From a virus (Duplodnaviria > Heunggongvirae > Uroviricota > Caudoviricetes), in the IMG/VR virus record IMGVR_UViG_2751185961_000003, positions 1 through 7,753 of that record: a DNA stretch of 7,753 nt; one strand, 5' to 3'. Of the stretch, positions 6,411 to 7,753 are shown piece after piece. A model generated the notes under the pieces. That model had not been told where the DNA came from and did no database searches. It saw only the letters and a program-made list of their open reading frames with translations. Numbering within the stretch: the stretch's first letter is position 1; each line of letters opens with the position of its first letter. The translations under genes were made by a program, and so were the position numbers.

Positions 6411-7753
6411 ATGAACGCTGATAAAGAAGAAATTGCACTATATTACGAAGCCAAAAATGACAAAGTCAGAAAACGCCTTGGGATTAAAGGTGGTTTTTAC
6501 TGGCGCACAGCAAAAAAATTATCGGTTGCAATATCACGCGGTGTTGCTGCAATGGACGATGCCGGATTTGACGAAGAGGATTTTAAAAAACCCATCCGCG
6601 TCCATTTACCCGTTGTGAATGACCTTCCACCGGAAGGTGTGTTTGATACTGAATTCTGCAACCGATACGAAAAAGGCGGAGAAGATGGTATCACAATGAT
6701 ATTTATAGCGCCCTCCCCCTCAGTTCAGGACAAACCAGCCAGCACTGACAATACCAACGTCAATGGCGAAGACATGGCTGAGATTGAGGATAATATGCTC
6801 CTGCCGATTTCCGGTCAGGAACTGCCCATTCGCTGGCTTGCGCAACATGGCAGCGAAAAACCGGTAACGCACGTTTCACGAGAAGAACTTCAGGCATTAC
6901 ATATCGCACGAGCTGAAGAACTACCGGCTGTTACTGGCCTGGCTATTTCCCACAACACAAAGCTGCTCGACCCGCTGGAGATTCGCGACCTTCACAAATT
7001 GGTACGCGACACTGACAAAGTTTTCCCTAATCCCGTTAATTCCAGTCTGGGGTTCATGACTGCTTTTTTCGAAGCATACCTGGACACTGACTATACCGAT
7101 CGAGGTCTGCTGACAAAAGAGTGGATGAAAGGAAATCGTGTTTCTCGCATCACCCGCACGGCTTCCGGTGCAAATGCCGGTGGCGGAAATAAAACCGATC
7201 GTAATCCTGACTTAGTACACACCCTCGATACTCTGGATGTGGAGGCTGCAGCAGCCACGCTTCCGATGGATTTTAATATTTATGAAATTCCCGGGAGCGT
7301 TTATCGTCGCGCAAAAGAAATCGTCCTGAAAAAAGAAAGTCCGTTCAGGGAATGGTCCGCAGCACTTCGCGCAACCCCTGGTATCCTGGACTATTCCCGC
7401 GCAGCTATTTTTGCACTTATCCGAAGCGCCCACCCTGAGTTTTATCACTACCCGGGGCGCCTTCAGGGGTATATCAATGCCAACCTGACAGAAACTGATC
7501 ACGAGAATCCCACAGCTGAAACGCTCATGGCTGCCCGGCATACACCGGAAAAAGATATCCTGGAAGAAATTAACGGCGGACTGGCTGCTGAGTGCAAAAC
7601 AGAAGAAGAAAAAAATGATGAAGATAACCCGCAGCCGCTGGATGACAAGTCACAGGTAAAAGTTACCGCTGACGAAGTAAACAAAATTATGCAGGCAGCC
7701 AATATCAGCCAGCCTGACGCCGATAAGTTGCTTGCTGCCTCTCGCGGAGAATT
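6411..7753 (+). CDS. Large RecE-like (exodeoxyribonuclease VIII, N-terminal region) ORF, truncated at the window end (447 codons seen, no stop)
   Basis: ATG 6411 with GAGG 7 nt upstream; my own translation is open to position 7753. Segments NVNGEDMAEIEDNMLLPISGQELPIRWLAQHGSEKPVTHVSR and KLLAASRGE match my recollection of Rac RecE. Absent from the ORF track because it lacks a stop. Confidence 0.55.
   Translation, partial: MNADKEEIALYYEAKNDKVRKRLGIKGGFYWRTAKKLSVAISRGVAAMDDAGFDEEDFKKPIRVHLPVVNDLPPEGVFDTEFCNRYEKGGEDGITMIFIAPSPSVQDKPASTDNTNVNGEDMAEIEDNMLLPISGQELPIRWLAQHGSEKPVTHVSREELQALHIARAEELPAVTGLAISHNTKLLDPLEIRDLHKLVRDTDKVFPNPVNSSLGFMTAFFEAYLDTDYTDRGLLTKEWMKGNRVSRITRTASGANAGGGNKTDRNPDLVHTLDTLDVEAAAATLPMDFNIYEIPGSVYRRAKEIVLKKESPFREWSAALRATPGILDYSRAAIFALIRSAHPEFYHYPGRLQGYINANLTETDHENPTAETLMAARHTPEKDILEEINGGLAAECKTEEEKNDEDNPQPLDDKSQVKVTADEVNKIMQAANISQPDADKLLAASRGE

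Noticed and set aside
7212-7702. Two minus-strand ORFs (109 and 67 aa)
   Set aside because: Antisense to the long uninterrupted RecE-like plus-strand frame; low-complexity translations.

Overview
The window reads as the immunity/early region of a mosaic lambdoid (Rac/Qin-like) enterobacterial prophage; all family assignments below come from reading the translations against remembered protein families, with no database search run. A divergent repressor/Cro-like switch sits at 3787-3865. On the minus strand the rightward early operon runs Cro/YdaS-like, CII/YdaT-like, a replication initiator (YdaU-like N-terminus plus DnaT-like C-terminus) that is split across two reading frames exactly where a 6-copy 10-bp iteron array lies, a lambda-P-like helicase loader, then nin-region-like small genes including a DUF4406 protein. 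On the plus strand the leftward operon runs DicA-like repressor, YdfA-like protein, an unknown 133-aa protein, a DicF-like sRNA, DicB, YdfD-like protein and a RecE-like ORF that runs off the window end. The best candidate for something undescribed is the unassigned insert at 4743-5400 (the 133-aa protein and a convergent AT-rich minus-strand ORF with a consensus Shine-Dalgarno but broken frame); I could not assign it a function. Start codons were re-picked from Shine-Dalgarno context; several ORF-track starts are TTG/GTG extensions.
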